Assembly: GCA_965203905.1 (NCBI GenBank) | Contig: CBDBDQ010000005.1 | Coordinates: 320,001 to 384,000, forward strand | Direction of reading: 5' to 3' | From: Spirochaetia bacterium | GTDB taxonomy: Bacteria; Spirochaetota; Spirochaetia; SZUA-6; Bin103 | DNA: 64,000 bases | Part shown: piece by piece, positions 48,866 to 58,782 of the stretch | How the letters are laid out: every line of letters starts with the position of its first letter | Position numbering within the stretch: position 1 is the first letter of the stretch | Position numbers and translations under genes: made by a program | Notes under the pieces: model-generated | What the model was told of the DNA's origin: nothing | Seen by the model: only the letters and a program-made list of their open reading frames with translations | Database searches by the model: none

Positions 48866-50632
48866 CTAAGGAACGAGGGTGAAGGGGGCGCGCAGCGCAG
48901 CGATCTCTTGCTGCAGCGTAGCGACGAGTTGGTCCAGGGGAACGATGCGGCGGTCGCTCTCGCCGCGGCGCGACAGCTCGGCACCGCCGGCTGCCAGGGA
49001 GCGTTCGCCGATCACCACCCGTAACGGCAGGCCGCGCAGGTCGGCGTCGGTGAACTTGACGCCGGCGCTCAGGTCGCGGCGGTCGTCGTAGAGCACCTCA
49101 ATGCCGGCGGCGACCAGTGCCTCGAACACCTGCTCGGCCGCCTGCCAGGTCTCCTCCTTGCGCGCCAGTGCCACCAGGGCGACCTGGTAGGGGGCCACCG
49201 CCACGGGCAGCACCAGGCCGTGCTGGTCGCGGTGCTCCTCGGCAACGCAGGCCAGCAGCCGCTCCAGGCCGATGCCGTAGGAGCCCATTACGATGGGATG
49301 TGCAACGCCCGCCTCGTCGGCGAAGCGTGCCTCCAGCGCCTCGGCGTAGCGGGTGCCGAGCTGGAAGATGTTGCCCACCTCGACCCCGCGGGCGAGCCGC
49401 AGCGGGCTGCCGCAGGAGGCGCACGGCGCGCCGTCGAAGGCGGCCGCCACCTGGCCTACCACCGTCGGCTGGTAGTCGCGCCCGCAACAGACGTTGCGCA
49501 GATGGTAGTCGCTCTTGTTGGCCCCCATCACCAGGTTGGCGCTCTCGGCCACCCAGCGGTCGACCACGAAGATCGCCGCTCCGGGGTCGATGCCCACGGG
49601 CGAGGCGAAGCCGGGCACCATGCCGGTGGCGGCGATCTCGTCCGCGTGCGCGGGCCGCAGTTCCCCCACCCCGGCCAGGTTCTGCACCTGGGTCAGGTTC
49701 ACCTCCAGGTCGCCGCGCACAATTGCCGCCACCACCCGCGCCTCCGGGCCATCCGGCGCCGACGCGTAGAACACCATCTTCGCCGTCTGTTGCGGCGCGA
49801 TCCGCAGGTACGCGGCCAGCTCCTCGATGGTCGCGGCCCCCGGCGTGTGCACCTCCTCCAACGCGGCCGGCTCGCCGGCGGCCGGCTGCAGGCCGAACTC
49901 CGCGACCTCGCGGTTGGCGGCGTAACCGCATTGCTCGCACAGCGCCAGGCTGTCCTCGCCGCCGGGAGTCAGGTACATGAACTCGTGGGCGACCGCGCCG
50001 CCCATCATGCCGGTGTCGCTGCGCACCGCGGTCAGCGGCACCCCGGTACGCTGCCCGATCCGCTGGTAGGCCTCGTAGTGGGCACGGTACTGCCGCTCCA
50101 GCCCGGCCTGGTCGCGGTCCAGCGAGTAGGAGTCCTTCATCCGGAACTCGCGCACCCGGATCAGTCCGCCGCGCGGACGCAGCTCGTCGCGGAACTTGGT
50201 CTGCACCTGGTACACCAGGGCGGGGAGCTGGCGGTAGGAGGTGATCTCCGAGGCGGCGTGCAGCGCCACCGCCTCCTCGTGGGTCATGGCCAGCACCAGG
50301 TCGCGCTCGCGGCGGTCGCGAAAGCGCACCAGGGTGGCGTCGACGGCGTGCCAGCGCCCGGTGGCCTGCCACAGGTCGGCGGGGTGCACCACCGGCAGCG
50401 ACAGCTCCTGGCCGCCGATGCAGTCCATCTCCTGGCGCAGGATCTGCTCGATCTTGCGCAGCGCGCGCCAGCCGAGCGGCAGCAGGGAGAAGATGCCGGC
50501 CGCCACCTGGCGCACGTAGCCGGCGCGCAGCAGGAGCGCATGCGAGTCCAGCTCGGCTTCGGCGGGGGTGTGGCGCAACGTGCTCCCGAACAGGCTCGAC
50601 ACCCGCTGTCCGATTCGTTCCGTGCTCTGCAA
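48866..50632 (-). CDS. proS: Proline--tRNA ligase (bacterial type with INS editing domain)
   Basis: THEE, QTKFRDE.RPRGGLIRVREF.MKDSYS, VEVGNIFQLGT, MGSYGIG. Confidence 0.96.
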   Translation of the reverse strand: MQSTERIGQRVSSLFGSTLRHTPAEAELDSHALLLRAGYVRQVAAGIFSLLPLGWRALRKIEQILRQEMDCIGGQELSLPVVHPADLWQATGRWHAVDATLVRFRDRRERDLVLAMTHEEAVALHAASEITSYRQLPALVYQVQTKFRDELRPRGGLIRVREFRMKDSYSLDRDQAGLERQYRAHYEAYQRIGQRTGVPLTAVRSDTGMMGGAVAHEFMYLTPGGEDSLALCEQCGYAANREVAEFGLQPAAGEPAALEEVHTPGAATIEELAAYLRIAPQQTAKMVFYASAPDGPEARVVAAIVRGDLEVNLTQVQNLAGVGELRPAHADEIAATGMVPGFASPVGIDPGAAIFVVDRWVAESANLVMGANKSDYHLRNVCCGRDYQPTVVGQVAAAFDGAPCASCGSPLRLARGVEVGNIFQLGTRYAEALEARFADEAGVAHPIVMGSYGIGLERLLACVAEEHRDQHGLVLPVAVAPYQVALVALARKEETWQAAEQVFEALVAAGIEVLYDDRRDLSAGVKFTDADLRGLPLRVVIGERSLAAGGAELSRRGESDRRIVPLDQLVATLQQEIAALRAPFTLVP

Positions 50633-50713
50633 TGGATAGTCCTTATCGGTCCTGACGGCAGTCGGCGGATGGCTCGGACGGCGCCGGCGACCCCGCGAGC
50701 GCCGGCGCCACGG

Positions 50714-52456
50714 TCAGCCGGCGCCCACGGTCACCGACAGCTCGGGTGCCCGCTTCCGCTTGGCGAGGAACTGCGCCCGGCGCCGTTCCCGCTGCTCGAC
50801 GATGCGCTGCTCGCTGAGCGGCTCGTGCGGGAACCAGCGCTGGCCGCGCAGGTAGGGCACCAGCGCCGCGAACGCCTCCGGCGTGCCGGTGCGGTAGAGC
50901 TGCTCCGCGGCGTAGGCGCCGACGTAGCCGTCGTCATCGGCCAGGGCCGCGGCCAGGGCCGGAATCGCGGCCGCGCTGCTCGGCCCGATCCGGAACAGCG
51001 CCTGCAGCACGTACTGGCGCAGCTCGCTCTCCGGTTCCCGCTGAAGCCGCTCGACCAGGGCCTCCTCGACGCCGTCGGCGGGCGTCGCGATGATGCCGAT
51101 CGCCGACAACGCGTGACGGCGCAGGTTGGGCGACCCGTCGCCCGCTGCCGCAAGCAGCTGCCGCAGCGCGCCGGCCGCCGGGCGCCCGATCTCGCCGAGG
51201 GCGTAGGCCGCCCAGCAGCGGGTGTGCTCGCCGTCGGCCGCGAGCCGCTCGGCCAGCGGCGTCACCGCGGAACCGCCCGCGGCGCCGAGGGCGTGGGCGG
51301 CGATCGAGACGTGCGTAACCGGGTCGAACTCGAAGAACGCGGCGTCGGTGTTCAGCAGCTCCAGCAACGGTGCCTGCGCCGGCGTGCCGATGGCGCCGAG
51401 CGCGTACGCGGCGTTGAGCCGCACCGGCTCGTACTCGTCGCGCAACGCCCGCACCAGCGCCGCAACCGTGCCCTCGGTATCCGCCGCGGCGCTGCGCAGG
51501 AATCCCAGCTCGTTGACCGCCTGCAGCCGCTGTGCCGGCTCGGGCGCCTCCAGCAGGCCGACCAACTCGGCGGCGCCGCGGCGCTGAAGGCGTGCTCCAG
51601 CGGCGCGCTGGAAGCGATCGCCGGCTCCCCGCATCCAGTTCCAGATGTAGGTCCACAGTATCTCGTGATCGGGAATCGCCGCGACGTCGGGCTGCTCCCA
51701 CTCCTCTACCTGGTTGTCCCAGGTTGGACCTCGTTCCGGCTCCGGCTCCTCGGTGCGCATGAACACGAACTTCTGTCCGTAGCGGTGCTGCTGCGCCAGG
51801 TTCTCGATCACCGAGTGGCCGACGTCGAAGTGCATGATCGCCACCGCGCCAAGGCCGCAGGCGAGCGGCAGCATGGTGCGGTGGATGTAGTGGTCGGGGA
51901 GCCCGTAGGTACCGTCGCCGCGCGGGTTCAGCGCCAGCAGCGGATCGCTGTCGCCACGGCGTGCGAGATTGTGCTGATAGTGGGAGCGCGGCACGATCAC
52001 CGTCGGTCCCTGCTCGTCGGGACACTCCTGCGGGTAGTAGAACAGGATCGCCCAGCGCGGTACCCGGTGGCGCGGCTTCTGGCCGCCGGCGTGCCCATCC
52101 TTGTGGATCCCCATGACCAGCTGGCGCCCGGCAGCGACGGAGGCTTCGGGCCGCACGAAGTTGGGATGACAGTGCCGATGCGGCAGCATGACGTAGTTCC
52201 GGCCCAGCAGGCTGGTCAATGCGCCGCGCACCTGCGGCGCATCCATGATCTGTTGCAGCTCCGGCACCACCGGCAGCACGTTGTTGAGCGGATTGTACGC
52301 CCACTCCACTTCCGGGCTGCGGATCTTGGAGAAGATGGCGTCGGTCTTGTCGAAAATGGTGCGGTGCACCGTCTCGGGGAGATCGGTCTGTACCTGCACG
52401 AAACCGTCGACGATGAACTGACGGATCGCGGCGTCGGACAACAGATGGCTATTCAT
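50714..52456 (-). CDS. PhyH-like dioxygenase fused to HEAT repeats
   Basis: N-terminal LLSDAAIRQFIVDGF, HKD...GHS; C-terminal repeats VRLNAAYALG, CWAAYALGEIG, LRRHALSAIG. Confidence 0.8.
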   Translation of the reverse strand: MNSHLLSDAAIRQFIVDGFVQVQTDLPETVHRTIFDKTDAIFSKIRSPEVEWAYNPLNNVLPVVPELQQIMDAPQVRGALTSLLGRNYVMLPHRHCHPNFVRPEASVAAGRQLVMGIHKDGHAGGQKPRHRVPRWAILFYYPQECPDEQGPTVIVPRSHYQHNLARRGDSDPLLALNPRGDGTYGLPDHYIHRTMLPLACGLGAVAIMHFDVGHSVIENLAQQHRYGQKFVFMRTEEPEPERGPTWDNQVEEWEQPDVAAIPDHEILWTYIWNWMRGAGDRFQRAAGARLQRRGAAELVGLLEAPEPAQRLQAVNELGFLRSAAADTEGTVAALVRALRDEYEPVRLNAAYALGAIGTPAQAPLLELLNTDAAFFEFDPVTHVSIAAHALGAAGGSAVTPLAERLAADGEHTRCWAAYALGEIGRPAAGALRQLLAAAGDGSPNLRRHALSAIGIIATPADGVEEALVERLQREPESELRQYVLQALFRIGPSSAAAIPALAAALADDDGYVGAYAAEQLYRTGTPEAFAALVPYLRGQRWFPHEPLSEQRIVEQRERRRAQFLAKRKRAPELSVTVGAG

Positions 52457-52555
52457 CGCCCGCTCAGGATACGCAGATTCGCGGTCTCTCGCCCACCGCG
52501 ACGAGCTGCCGCCCGGCCCGAGCGAAACCACGTCCATCCGCGGTGGGGGCGCGCG

Positions 52556-53293
52556 TCAGAGTGGACGGCGGGCGAGGCTGAAGCTCTGGGCGGTTGGCCC
52601 GGTGTCGGGCTGGGTGGCCAGGAACAGTGCCAGAGGGGCCACGTCCGCCGGCTCCTTGACCACTTCGCTGGGCGCGAAGGGCGGCGGGCCGCCTACCTGC
52701 ATGCGGCTGTTGGTGAGACGGGTCGCGACCGGACCGGGAACGATCTCGTTCACCGCGATATTGTGCTGCCACACCTCTTCCGCGAGGCAACGCGTAAACA
52801 TCCACATGCCCGCCTTGCCGACGTGGTAGGCGGAAGCGCTCGCGGTGGGCCGATGCCCCATGCCCGATCCCACGTTGATCACCCGGCCGCCGCCCGACTC
52901 GATCATCAACGGCAGCAGCGCACGCGACACCAGGTAGGCGCTGATGCAGTTGACCGTGACATCCTCGACCCACAGGTCGGGATCGCTCTCCAGGATGCTG
53001 CTGCGCTCCAGGCCGCCGCCCGCGTTGTTGACCAGCACATCGAGGCGGCCGAACTCCCGCCGCACGGTGGCCGCCAGTTCCGCCACCTGGTCGCGCCGGA
53101 TGACGTCGGTGGGGACGCAGAGGGCCTTGCAGCCGAGGCCACGGATCTCGTCGGCGACCGCATTCAGTTCCGCGGCGTTGCGGGCGGCAAGCACCAGGTC
53201 CGCCCCCTCGCGCGCAAGGGCGAGGGCGATCGCGCGACCGATTCCGCGGCCGCTGCCGGTAACGAGGGCGACTTTCTCGGACAGAGATGGCAT
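52556..53293 (-). CDS. Short-chain dehydrogenase/reductase
   Basis: TGSGRGIG, NNAG, YHVGK. Confidence 0.9.
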   Translation of the reverse strand: MPSLSEKVALVTGSGRGIGRAIALALAREGADLVLAARNAAELNAVADEIRGLGCKALCVPTDVIRRDQVAELAATVRREFGRLDVLVNNAGGGLERSSILESDPDLWVEDVTVNCISAYLVSRALLPLMIESGGGRVINVGSGMGHRPTASASAYHVGKAGMWMFTRCLAEEVWQHNIAVNEIVPGPVATRLTNSRMQVGGPPPFAPSEVVKEPADVAPLALFLATQPDTGPTAQSFSLARRPL

Positions 53294-53425
53294 CAGGCGG
53301 TTCCTCGTGCAGTGTCGGTCGATCCATCCGGCGTGGTCAATCGTGTCTTCCCGCTCGCCAGCGCATGGAACGAGCGCAGCGTCACCGGGTAGACTGCCAA
53401 AGCAAGAGGTAGCGGAGAGACCCCA

Positions 53426-53935
53426 ATGAGCAGCGATGTAGGGCAGGCGTTCGTAGCGAGTTCCATAAAGCAGCTTGATCATGCTCGGAGTAAGATCAAC
53501 CACTGTTTCGATCAGCTCGCAACCGAGGATGTCTGGTGGGTGCCGCGGAGTGGCTGCAACTCGATCGGCGTCATCATCCAGCACCTGGTGGGCAATCTCC
53601 GCCAGTGGGCGGTATCGGGTATCGGCGGCGAAGCCGATGTCAGGGACCGCCCCAGCGAGTTCCGCGTGGTGAATGCGAGCCCGAAAGACGAACTGCAGAC
53701 GGAGTTCAACCGGCTGCTCGACCAGGTCGCGGAAGTCTACTCCAGTGTGGACGCCACTGAGCTGCTCGCCGCGAGACGAATTCAGGGCTTCGACACCAGC
53801 GTCCTCGCCGCGACCTACGACACGATGTGCCACCTGGAGTTGCACACGGGCCAGGTGCTCTACCTCGCCCGGTTGCGCCTCGGCGAGACCTATCGCGAAT
53901 CCTGGAGTCCCGCCAACAAGGAACAGGGCGCGTAG
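53426..53935 (+). CDS. DinB/DUF1572-family protein
   Basis: NSIGVIIQHLVGNLRQW, RDRPSEF, HLELHTGQ. Confidence 0.85.
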   Translation: MSSDVGQAFVASSIKQLDHARSKINHCFDQLATEDVWWVPRSGCNSIGVIIQHLVGNLRQWAVSGIGGEADVRDRPSEFRVVNASPKDELQTEFNRLLDQVAEVYSSVDATELLAARRIQGFDTSVLAATYDTMCHLELHTGQVLYLARLRLGETYRESWSPANKEQGA

Positions 53936-53945
53936 CGCGGGGCCG

Positions 53946-54725
53946 CTACGACCGGTCGCGCTCCTCCCGGTCGCGGTAGTGGACCCGCCGCGACCCATCG
54001 AAGGAGATGCGCGGCCAGTCGCGGTCCCAATTCTCGGAGTGATATGGGATGTAGTGGCACGCCAGCGCGTGCCGGGGAGTGCCGGGGCGCCGCAGCGGCG
54101 CGCCGCCGTGGATCAGGCGCCCATGGAACAGCACGACGTCGCCCTGCTGCACCAGCACCAGCACCTGGTCGCGTCCGTTGTCATGGAACACCTCTCGCAC
54201 CAGCGGGAAATAACGGCGATGCTGCTGGTCCATGTAAGTCTCACCAGGCCGCAGCTCGTGGCTCGCGTCGCTCTTGGTGACGAGTCTCCCCCGGTGCGAA
54301 CCCGGCTGCACCACCAGGGGCCCGTTGTGCTTGTCCACATCGACCATGGCGATCCACGCCGACATGCAGTCCGGGAGGTAGTACTGGTCCTGGTGCAGGG
54401 GATGCTCCGAGCCCTCGTAGAAGTGCATCGTCTGGATCGCCTCCGGCTCGTCCTCGAAGCAATCGGCGAGCGGCCGGTGCAGGCGGGCGTCGATCAGGAA
54501 CTGCAGCGCGAACGGATCGTAGAGATGCTGATTGAACGTGCGCTGGCCGTAGTTCTCCTGCTGGCCGAACCCGTGGAGCTGCTTCCTGCCGGCGCTCAGA
54601 TCGTCCACGTGGCGGACGAACCGCCGGCATTCCTCGGCAGCGAACACGGATTCGAGCACGACATAGCCGTCCTGCCGATAGCGATCCTTCTGCTCGGCCG
54701 TCAGACCGTTATGCGAAGTTGCCAC
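53946..54725 (-). CDS. PhyH-family Fe(II)/2OG dioxygenase
   Basis: LHQD, LIHGG, RHALACHY. Confidence 0.9.
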   Translation of the reverse strand: MATSHNGLTAEQKDRYRQDGYVVLESVFAAEECRRFVRHVDDLSAGRKQLHGFGQQENYGQRTFNQHLYDPFALQFLIDARLHRPLADCFEDEPEAIQTMHFYEGSEHPLHQDQYYLPDCMSAWIAMVDVDKHNGPLVVQPGSHRGRLVTKSDASHELRPGETYMDQQHRRYFPLVREVFHDNGRDQVLVLVQQGDVVLFHGRLIHGGAPLRRPGTPRHALACHYIPYHSENWDRDWPRISFDGSRRVHYRDREERDRS

Positions 54726-54745
54726 GGTCAGATACCATAGCCACG
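54726..54745. promoter_or_regulatory. Bidirectional overlapping -10 boxes between divergent GTG starts
   Basis: TACCAT (+, 54733-54738) and TATGGT (-, 54739-54734). Confidence 0.55.
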
Positions 54746-55129
54746 GTGTCTGGCACGACACAACCGAAACGGCAGGTAATCTGGCTGAACGGAGCCTTCG
54801 GCGTCGGCAAGACGACGGTGGCGCGGAAGCTGGCGGCGGTTCTGCCCGACGCCATGACGCTGGATCCCGAAGAGATCGGCGGGATGCTGTGCAAGGTGAT
54901 CCCCGCGGCGCAACGCAGCGCGGACTTCCAGGACCTGCGCGCCTGGCGCCGCCTCACCGTAGCCACCATCGAAGGCGTGCTGCAGGATCATCCGGGTCTG
55001 CTCCTGGTGCCGATGACGGTTGCGGACTCGACATACTTCCAGGCACCTCGGTTCGCAACTCACCTGGTCACCGACAACCGGTCCGCGCCCGAGGTGGCCG
55101 CAGCGGTACGCCGGCTGGCATCGATCTGA
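54746..55129 (+). pseudogene. TmrB-like P-loop kinase with apparent internal in-frame deletion
   Basis: IWLNGAFGVGKTT, DPEEIG, DFQDL..WR, VPMT..YF jumps directly to PRFATHLVTD. Confidence 0.6.
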
Positions 55130-55170
55130 GAGCCGTTGCAGCGGCAGCGGAAACCGGCTAAGGAAGGAGC

Positions 55171-56640
55171 ATGCAGGAGTCAGCTTACGCGTCGAGCGGC
55201 CGCACCGAACGGCCGGATCAACCCAACATCCTGCTGTTCATCAGCGACCAGCAGCGCACCGACACCATGGAGAGTTACGGCAACTCCTGGATCCGCTCCC
55301 CGCAACAGGACGCCCTGGCCGCGCGCAGCTTCCTGTTCGAGAACGCGTACGTCACGCAGCCGGTGTGTACCCCGGCACGCGGCTCCCTGATCACCGGCCT
55401 CTACCCGCATACCCATGGCTGCCTGGTCAACCGCGTGAAGCTGGCCGAACGGTTCGCGGCGCTGGCCGAGATGCTGCCGGACAACTACCGCACGGCCCAC
55501 TTCGGCAAATGGCACCTGGGTGACGACTCTATGTGTCAGCACGGCTTCGACGAGTGGGTGAGCAGCGAGGACGACCACCGCGACCGCTATACCCGGCCCG
55601 GACTGCCGTTCAGCAGCTACTACTACTGGATGCGCGAGCAGGGCATCGAGCCGGAGGATCGCGGCGCCACCGGGGAGCTGATTTTCTCACCAGACCAGCG
55701 CTCGAAGCTGGGCCCGGAGCACCAGATGGCCGCCTACGTGGCCGGCCACGCGGAGCGGTTCATCCGCGCCAACTCCGACCGCCCCTGGCTGCTGGTGTTC
55801 AGCACCTTCGAGCCGCATCCGCCGATGCACGGTCCCTACAACGGCCTGTACGACGCCCGGGCGATCCCGAGCCGGCCAACGTTCCAGGCGTTTCCCGAGG
55901 GACACTCGCTGTTCAACCGCTCGCGCGCCGCCCACCACCCCAACCCGCGAGTGCCGGGCGAATCGTGGCGCGACGACGCACACCTGCTGGAGCAGCGCGC
56001 CAACTACTACGGCAACGTGAAGATTATCGACGACGCGGTGGGGCGCATGGTGCGGGTGCTGGAGGAAAGCGGCCAGATGGAACGCACCATCTTCGCCTTC
56101 ACCAGCGACCACGGCGAGATGCTCGGCGACCACGGAATAATGGGAAAACGTGCGTTTTACGACGAGTCGGCGCGGGTACCGTTGCTGCTGTCCGTGCCGT
56201 GGCTCACGCGCACCCAGCGCCGCATCGAGGGCGTATTCGGCCATGCCGACCTGGTGCCGACGCTGCTCGATCTGGCCGGCATGGCGCTTCCCGACGCCCT
56301 GCAGGGCCACAGCCTGGCCGGAGCGCTCAGCGGCGATTTCGACCTGCGCCGGCACGCCGCGTTCATGGAGTGGAACGGCATCGGCGACCGCGACCTGGGC
56401 AACCCGGTCACCAACCTGATGGCCACCTTGCCGTGGCGCAGCGTCGTCACCGGAGACGGCTGGAAGCTGAACCTGTGCGCCGGCGACCAGTCGGAGCTGT
56501 TCGACCTGAACGACGACCCCTTCGAGCAGACCAACCTCATCGCCGACCCGGTGCAGCGCGACCGGGTCCGCGAGCTGGCGGCCCGCATCCGCCTGTGGCA
56601 GTTCGAGACCGATGACGACGCTGCACTCCCCGCCGTCTGA
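55171..56640 (+). CDS. Sulfatase (formylglycine-dependent)
   Basis: PNILL..SDQ, CTPAR, GKWHLG, TSDHGEMLGDHG. Confidence 0.93.
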   Translation: MQESAYASSGRTERPDQPNILLFISDQQRTDTMESYGNSWIRSPQQDALAARSFLFENAYVTQPVCTPARGSLITGLYPHTHGCLVNRVKLAERFAALAEMLPDNYRTAHFGKWHLGDDSMCQHGFDEWVSSEDDHRDRYTRPGLPFSSYYYWMREQGIEPEDRGATGELIFSPDQRSKLGPEHQMAAYVAGHAERFIRANSDRPWLLVFSTFEPHPPMHGPYNGLYDARAIPSRPTFQAFPEGHSLFNRSRAAHHPNPRVPGESWRDDAHLLEQRANYYGNVKIIDDAVGRMVRVLEESGQMERTIFAFTSDHGEMLGDHGIMGKRAFYDESARVPLLLSVPWLTRTQRRIEGVFGHADLVPTLLDLAGMALPDALQGHSLAGALSGDFDLRRHAAFMEWNGIGDRDLGNPVTNLMATLPWRSVVTGDGWKLNLCAGDQSELFDLNDDPFEQTNLIADPVQRDRVRELAARIRLWQFETDDDAALPAV

Positions 56641-56651
56641 ATTTCGCCTCG

Positions 56652-57063
56652 TTAGTTGCGGTGCGAGTCACCCCAGCTGTGCGCTGTCACCACCTGCTCC
56701 AGATCCGCGGCCAATCTCTGGAACGCAGGCAACCGATACAGCGGACTGAAGTCATGGATCAAGTCGGCAACGCGAAATCCCTGCAAGCGACGGTTGAAGC
56801 TGGCAAGGCGGCGGCCACGGAGACCACTTGCCCGGCGTAAAAGCTCGTGAAGGAGTTGTTTTGGATCTGGCAACTGCTCGAGCCGATGCTCGTGACAATG
56901 CGTTCGGCAAGTGCTTTCGGTGGATTCTCAGACGCCGCAGATCAGCGAATCCTGGCTGGATGGGGAGGGAGACGGAGCACCTCCGCAACAGCCACGTGAG
57001 AATCGGTATCAAGGCGCGATCGGACGCGCCGTCTGCCACCAGTGTGTAACTGAGTCTCTGCAA
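56652..57063 (-). pseudogene. DUF4276-like (TOPRIM-like) partner of ABC ATPase; frameshifted and apparently internally deleted
   Basis: YTL..DG.SDRAL.PIL.WLL N-terminus, then NPPKALAERI in a second frame, then LEQLPDPK...DFSPL..LPAFQ C-terminus in a third frame. Confidence 0.6.
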
Positions 57064-57075
57064 ATGGATGCCGGG

Positions 57076-58584
57076 CTACTGAGGAAAGGGCAGCAGTCGT
57101 TGCATATCATCCCGATCCACTACTCGCTTCTTGACGGCCGACCGCGGCTGCTCCTCGGGAAGCACTGGGCTCAGGTAGGGAAGGAGGTCGCCGCGGATCG
57201 CGTTCTCACTGACTTCCGCACGCCACGTGTCTGACAAACAGAGAAACTGCGCTTTCTTGAAACAATTTCCAGTTTGGTCCACAGCCTCGGTGGCCTTGAC
57301 GAATACGACGCTGTCATCCGGAACTTGCTGGAATACCACTGGTGAGTGGGTATTGACGATTACCTGACGCAGCGGATTATCATCCCCGACCGGTAGTTGA
57401 GTATCAACCGCGATATCCATGAGCAGTTTGAGGATGGCTGGAATCCGCTCCGGATGAATGCCATTTTCGGGTTCTTCCAGACAGAGAACGCCTTGCATCT
57501 TGGGATCACTCTCCAGTACGGACAATGCAAGAAACCTCAACGTACCATCCGACAGAGCCCGGGCGGGGTGAGGAGTGCCATCTCTATCGTTGACGAACAA
57601 CGTCATCAACTCTCGCTTTTCGTCAAGATCGATGTGGATGCCGTGGACGTCGTCGATGAGTTCGCCGAGACGGTTGGTGATCTGACTGTATACTTTTGCG
57701 TCTCCGTTCGGAGCAGAGGAATGGAAGCTCGTACCAGGGACGTCAGCGGCCTCATCGTACCCGTATTGTTCCGCATTTCGTGCCAAGCGATACAGTGTAG
57801 CTGCCAGATGCCGTCCATCAGTTCCCAGGTGCGTTGGAGCAACAAATTCATCCGGCTGTCTCATGGCGGTAGGCTCCAGTTGCACGAGTTTCCATGCTTC
57901 CATCTCGCGCCGCGCGGTCAACACGGTGGGACTCTCCGCCGCATTCGCCACCGAGAGTACGGTACGCGGCAGATTGCCGGCCCGCCGGCGCAAGGGACGT
58001 CCACTACTGCCGCCATCCTGATGCAGCTTTATGACCCTACTCTCACCTTCCCCTTCGGTTGAGATGAAATAACGCGCACGCCTTTGTCCCTGCACTACCG
58101 ACTTGCGCCAGTCTTTGGCACTATGGGGAAACCGAAGGTGACGTGGTGCGTCACGCTGTGCGACATGGACCAACTCTTCCTTGACAATCTCCAACGCGCC
58201 CGGGGCCAAGGTGTCATGGGACTCTCGGTAGGCGAGTTCCAAAGAATAGCGCAGAAACGTGATGCTCGCTTTGGCCTCCTGTCCGAGATCATCGATCGCG
58301 TCCCCCGGCACGATCATCTCCGCAACAAACCTCATGTTGTCGGCATAGTGATTGCCTACGTGATGGAACAGGTCCCGTATCTGGGCAGCCCGGCTGTGCT
58401 GGTCGCGGACCGAGGTGGCCGCTTCCAGAAGTGTGTGGTTGGAAAGTGCACTAAGAAAGCGAACTGCATCGAAGAGGTTGGACTTGCCCGCACCATTGGG
58501 CCCAACTACACAAGTAAACGCGCCAAGGTGTAGATCCACATCGACGGGATTCTTGAAGCCTGATACATAGAGCCGTGTCAACAT
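57076..58584 (-). CDS. AAA_21/RecF-like ABC-family ATPase
   Basis: GPNGAGKSN Walker A, LSDGTLRFL signature, EEPENGIHP Walker B/D-loop, NTHSP. Confidence 0.9.
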   Translation of the reverse strand: MLTRLYVSGFKNPVDVDLHLGAFTCVVGPNGAGKSNLFDAVRFLSALSNHTLLEAATSVRDQHSRAAQIRDLFHHVGNHYADNMRFVAEMIVPGDAIDDLGQEAKASITFLRYSLELAYRESHDTLAPGALEIVKEELVHVAQRDAPRHLRFPHSAKDWRKSVVQGQRRARYFISTEGEGESRVIKLHQDGGSSGRPLRRRAGNLPRTVLSVANAAESPTVLTARREMEAWKLVQLEPTAMRQPDEFVAPTHLGTDGRHLAATLYRLARNAEQYGYDEAADVPGTSFHSSAPNGDAKVYSQITNRLGELIDDVHGIHIDLDEKRELMTLFVNDRDGTPHPARALSDGTLRFLALSVLESDPKMQGVLCLEEPENGIHPERIPAILKLLMDIAVDTQLPVGDDNPLRQVIVNTHSPVVFQQVPDDSVVFVKATEAVDQTGNCFKKAQFLCLSDTWRAEVSENAIRGDLLPYLSPVLPEEQPRSAVKKRVVDRDDMQRLLPFPQ

Positions 58585-58782
58585 ATCATGTCACTCATCT
58601 TGGCCACCGTCATGGGGTAACCATCCTTCGTCGGTGCGACAGTGTCGTCCGACACCTTGACGGAGTCAAGGCAGCGATCCCAAACAGGCCGAAGCCGCAC
58701 GGCAACCGCACGGCAACGAAGGACTTGATCCACTGCCGGGTAGTGCGCGACACTACGCGGCCATTACGGTCGGGAGAATGCC

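Noticed and set aside
50633-50713. T-box riboswitch upstream of proS
   Set aside because: The intergenic region is only about 80 bp with no T-box consensus; it holds only a GC hairpin
49220-53392. 1390-aa plus-strand ORF
   Set aside because: Antisense shadow of proS, PhyH-HEAT and SDR; low stop frequency is expected opposite high-GC genes, and it has no recognisable motifs
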